Of a stretch of 64,000 nt of DNA, positions 61,042-64,000 are shown piece by piece. The stretch is taken from the NCBI GenBank assembly GCA_052426225.1, contig JBNJNM010000021.1:2046001-2110000 (forward strand). Reading direction: 5' to 3'. A program made the translations under genes and the position numbers. Under the pieces are notes generated by a model, which was not told where the DNA came from, searched no databases, and saw nothing but the letters and a program-made list of their open reading frames with translations. How positions within the stretch are numbered: the stretch's first letter is position 1; every line of letters starts with the position of its first letter. This DNA comes from Zancudomyces culisetae HAW-14-8. Lineage: Eukaryota > Fungi > Kickxellomycota.

Positions 61042-61297
61042 CACCAAACCCAAATATCTACATTCACTTTTATTCCATCTATTCTGTTTACTCTGGCTAT
61101 TCTATATATAACCCACCCACAAAATATCGTACAAAACCACTAAAAACAATCAAAATAGCCTTGATAAACCACCATGGATAAAAATACAAACAATTATAAT
61201 CAAATGCAGCAGCTCTGGTTGTATAAGACTACGAATGTGTCTACCACTCAGTCACTTTTTATTGCTTACTGCCCATTTATAGCGCGTATTCCCGTTT

Positions 61298-63778
61298 TCA
61301 CGTGCCAATAAGCTCTGGAAACAGTTGAGATACTAGGCTGTCAATAATGCAATAAGCCAGATACTTATTTACTTTTTGGTTTTGCACAACACTCAGTATC
61401 TTTTCAACTGCGAGTTGGCTCCCAGTTCTATCGCCGTTCCTGCTTCCATCTGTATCCTCATCCTTAGTCTTACTCTGTATCTCATTATGCATCTCACTCT
61501 GCTTTGCACCCCATCTTTTACCTTGTTTATTGTTGTAGAAAAGCACCTTTAACCCCATTGGCATCAGCTCATCTACCAGTTTCACCACATCCTGCTTAAG
61601 CAACTTTCGCTGTTCCTCAGTCACCAACTCTTTTGATTTCGTTCCCTTCATGCTTGATAATTTGTCACTAATCCCTGCCACAATTCCAGAAATACATTTG
61701 GAATTCAAAAACAATGTTCCGAGTTTGTTGTATATCACTTGATCTACCAACTTTCCAACCAACACAACATAAAGTGGAAATAGATAATACCTGATTTGTG
61801 CCATTAACCAAGGATTAAATTTGCTAGCCATAAACACACTGTCAAATAACACCAACAGTTGTTTACTTGCGTCTCCAGTCTTGTCTAGTCGGGGACCACT
61901 GTAGTTTGTATCAACTAGCGTATTGATTTTGTCATAATAGTATGTTATGAACAGATAACTTTTCAACTTTTCAAGAATAAACTGGTTGAGTGAAGCCACT
62001 TTATTCATAACTCTGCTGCTTATTATCTTTTTTGCAAAAATACTATACTTTTCGAGACTGGAATCGTCATTTGAGTGTATATTTTTAATCCCATTTTTAA
62101 CACCGCCTTTAACACAACTTTTAACACTATCTTTAACACCATTTTTAGCACCATGTTTAACGCTATTTTTAACCTCAAGTTTAACTCCTGTTTTTGTTTT
62201 TGCATATACTTTATCGTTTTTACTCTCCCTGTACCCCTTGTTTTGTCGATTAATGTTAAGTTTCCCTCTACCTCTGTCGCAACCATCCATATCATCATCT
62301 GTTTTACCATACCTATCTTTCCATACCTCTCCTCCAGCAATCACATTGGTTGAACTACTAAACAATGAATAGTAAAAATTTGCTGTTGATAGCTTCTGTA
62401 GCTCCAACTTTCGCTTTTCCCAACTAAATGCAAATACATAGTCTATACACTGTTTGGCCTTTATCTTTACAATATTGTATCCTGCTTTACACACATATAA
62501 TATAACCACATAAAGTTTGAGTGGATACAAAATGAATATTATGTTTAACCAGCTCGTTGTAGTCTTGTAGAGTTTGGTTGATTTTTCGACTACTCGTTTC
62601 TTCATCGCTGTGGTTTTTAATTCCAATGTGCTATCAACCCGCAACTTCATAAATCCGGTCTTTCTTGACACTTTACTTTCTCGTTCTTTACTTTTAGTTG
62701 GATTTGCGCTTGTGGTTGCGGTTGTGAGTTTATTTCTATTTCCCTTTATATTTGTAGTTGTATTTGTATTGTCGTGTTGGGGAATTATTTTGTTGTGTAG
62801 ATTAGTGTCGGATTTGGATTTGTAGAGTCTATTAAGTCTATGTGCTCTTAGCATCCCTATATTGTGTTTATCACTAGCACCATAATTTTTACCGCGATCA
62901 TCCATCATGTTCGTTGACATTGCCTCATCCATCATTTGCTCCACGGTCCTTGGCTGTTTGTTTGAACTTGATACATTTCTACTGTACTTGTTTTGTGATC
63001 CAGTAGTACCGGTGTTAGTAGTATAATTCTGGGTATTTTTATTGCTGTTATAGTTTTTCATGTTGCCAGAATCACTATTGGTATTACTATTACTATCAGC
63101 ATCCTTACTATTATTGCTCGATCCGTCTTGAAATATAACCGTTACATACCTACTCATATCAAGTTGGCTGAAATATGGGTTTTTCGAGAACGAACCACAT
63201 ACTTTCAATATCAGTGTGTAGATAAACTCGGGTTCAGTAAAGCTATCAAGTAAGTTTCGAATAACTGTGCATGCCACTATCTCCTTTACCAAGTGAAAAG
63301 CTGTTTTATCTGCCATGGTTTCAGGCTCCAAGACAAGTTGTAAAATATGAGTTGTTAAGGTTCGTAGATATAGCAGTTCAGAATTAGCTGTATCAGTTAA
63401 AGCCACATGAGGCATACGCTTTGCAAATAACTCTTCAATCGAAGTTGCTGAACCTGCATAGATAGTGTTCAGACGTGCTTCGCAGTTATGTACTTCTTGG
63501 ATATGTGTTTGGATTATTGTTACCAAATCATATAAAATATACCTTGTCCACTCCACCCTCCTGACACGTTTCTCGAGTTTTTGGATACATTTTTTGAATA
63601 AACTCGTAACCTCAAGTTGAAAACGTTTGTCCTTGCTTATTTCAGCAAACCAAACGTCGATAAACGATTCTACTATTACCTCAACTAGATTTTGCACTTG
63701 AGTATCCAGTTCGTTACTTGAAAGTATGTACGGAGTGTGTTCGTGTAGCTGGTTACTTGAAGCTGTCGAGTAGTACAT
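61298..63778 (-). CDS. PXA-domain protein, copy 2
   Basis: Mirror of 15174-17654, same length (2481 bp), 7 amino-acid differences. Confidence 0.8.
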   Translation of the reverse strand: MYYSTASSNQLHEHTPYILSSNELDTQVQNLVEVIVESFIDVWFAEISKDKRFQLEVTSLFKKCIQKLEKRVRRVEWTRYILYDLVTIIQTHIQEVHNCEARLNTIYAGSATSIEELFAKRMPHVALTDTANSELLYLRTLTTHILQLVLEPETMADKTAFHLVKEIVACTVIRNLLDSFTEPEFIYTLILKVCGSFSKNPYFSQLDMSRYVTVIFQDGSSNNSKDADSNSNTNSDSGNMKNYNSNKNTQNYTTNTGTTGSQNKYSRNVSSSNKQPRTVEQMMDEAMSTNMMDDRGKNYGASDKHNIGMLRAHRLNRLYKSKSDTNLHNKIIPQHDNTNTTTNIKGNRNKLTTATTSANPTKSKERESKVSRKTGFMKLRVDSTLELKTTAMKKRVVEKSTKLYKTTTSWLNIIFILYPLKLYVVILYVCKAGYNIVKIKAKQCIDYVFAFSWEKRKLELQKLSTANFYYSLFSSSTNVIAGGEVWKDRYGKTDDDMDGCDRGRGKLNINRQNKGYRESKNDKVYAKTKTGVKLEVKNSVKHGAKNGVKDSVKSCVKGGVKNGIKNIHSNDDSSLEKYSIFAKKIISSRVMNKVASLNQFILEKLKSYLFITYYYDKINTLVDTNYSGPRLDKTGDASKQLLVLFDSVFMASKFNPWLMAQIRYYLFPLYVVLVGKLVDQVIYNKLGTLFLNSKCISGIVAGISDKLSSMKGTKSKELVTEEQRKLLKQDVVKLVDELMPMGLKVLFYNNKQGKRWGAKQSEMHNEIQSKTKDEDTDGSRNGDRTGSQLAVEKILSVVQNQKVNKYLAYCIIDSLVSQLFPELIGT

Positions 63779-64000
63779 TTTACATTTGGTAGGATGATTT
63801 AGAGCAGTATTTTGGGTTGAGTATTTGGGAATGGCAAAATACCAAGGAACTGTGTATTTTTGAGAAATGGAATGGAAATTCGGGATATTAATTTTCGCAC
63901 CCAAGTTCCTCGTTTTCACAGTAATTTTATTGCTGTGAGAATAAATATGACTAGGTAGGATTGTAAACAAAGAATGAATAGGAGCTGGGTAAATACAATT

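Larger units (their letters stand above)
44005..64000 (-). repeat. Right arm of giant inverted repeat (continues past the window end)
   Basis: Begins attgtcaatgcagttttatttgcc (44005), the reverse complement of the left arm end. The last bases of the window pair with 14954 onward. Confidence 0.98.

Noticed and set aside
44005-64000. Simple fold-back read chimera as the cause of the repeat
   Set aside because: A fold-back would give identical arms with little or no spacer. These arms differ by SNPs, a 93-bp indel and repeat-length changes, and enclose 9.2 kb of unique genes. A haplotype-joining misassembly remains possible and is listed as a finding.

Overview
AT-rich eukaryotic DNA with intron-containing genes. 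The gene set (UTP20, YIP1, DUF218/YOR238W-like, DAP1-like cytochrome b5, PMT4, a PXA-domain gene, PRP4, PHO88, VPS16) points to a fungus, probably an early-diverging lineage; that placement is inference. The dominant structure is a giant inverted repeat: 14954-34837 is the reverse complement of 44005-64000, each arm is at least 19.9 kb, and the right arm runs off the window. The arms flank a unique 9,167-bp spacer holding VPS16, an HEXXH-type M49/DPP III peptidase, a GC-rich orphan ORF and a coiled-coil pseudogene. Each arm has three housekeeping-type genes plus an accessory block: an intronless 1137-aa ankyrin protein, a 33-Cys metallothionein-like protein, small orphan ORFs and a secreted Cys-rich protein. 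The arms are nearly identical but differ non-randomly. The secreted protein has CGC-His7 in one arm and CGC-RDDDDNH in the other, with the signature of a quasi-palindrome template switch. The metallothionein copies differ almost only by non-synonymous changes, while a ~3-kb non-coding tract looks identical. The structure is either a real palindrome/invertible segment or the two haplotypes of a heterozygous 9-kb inversion joined by the assembler; the sequence alone cannot decide.
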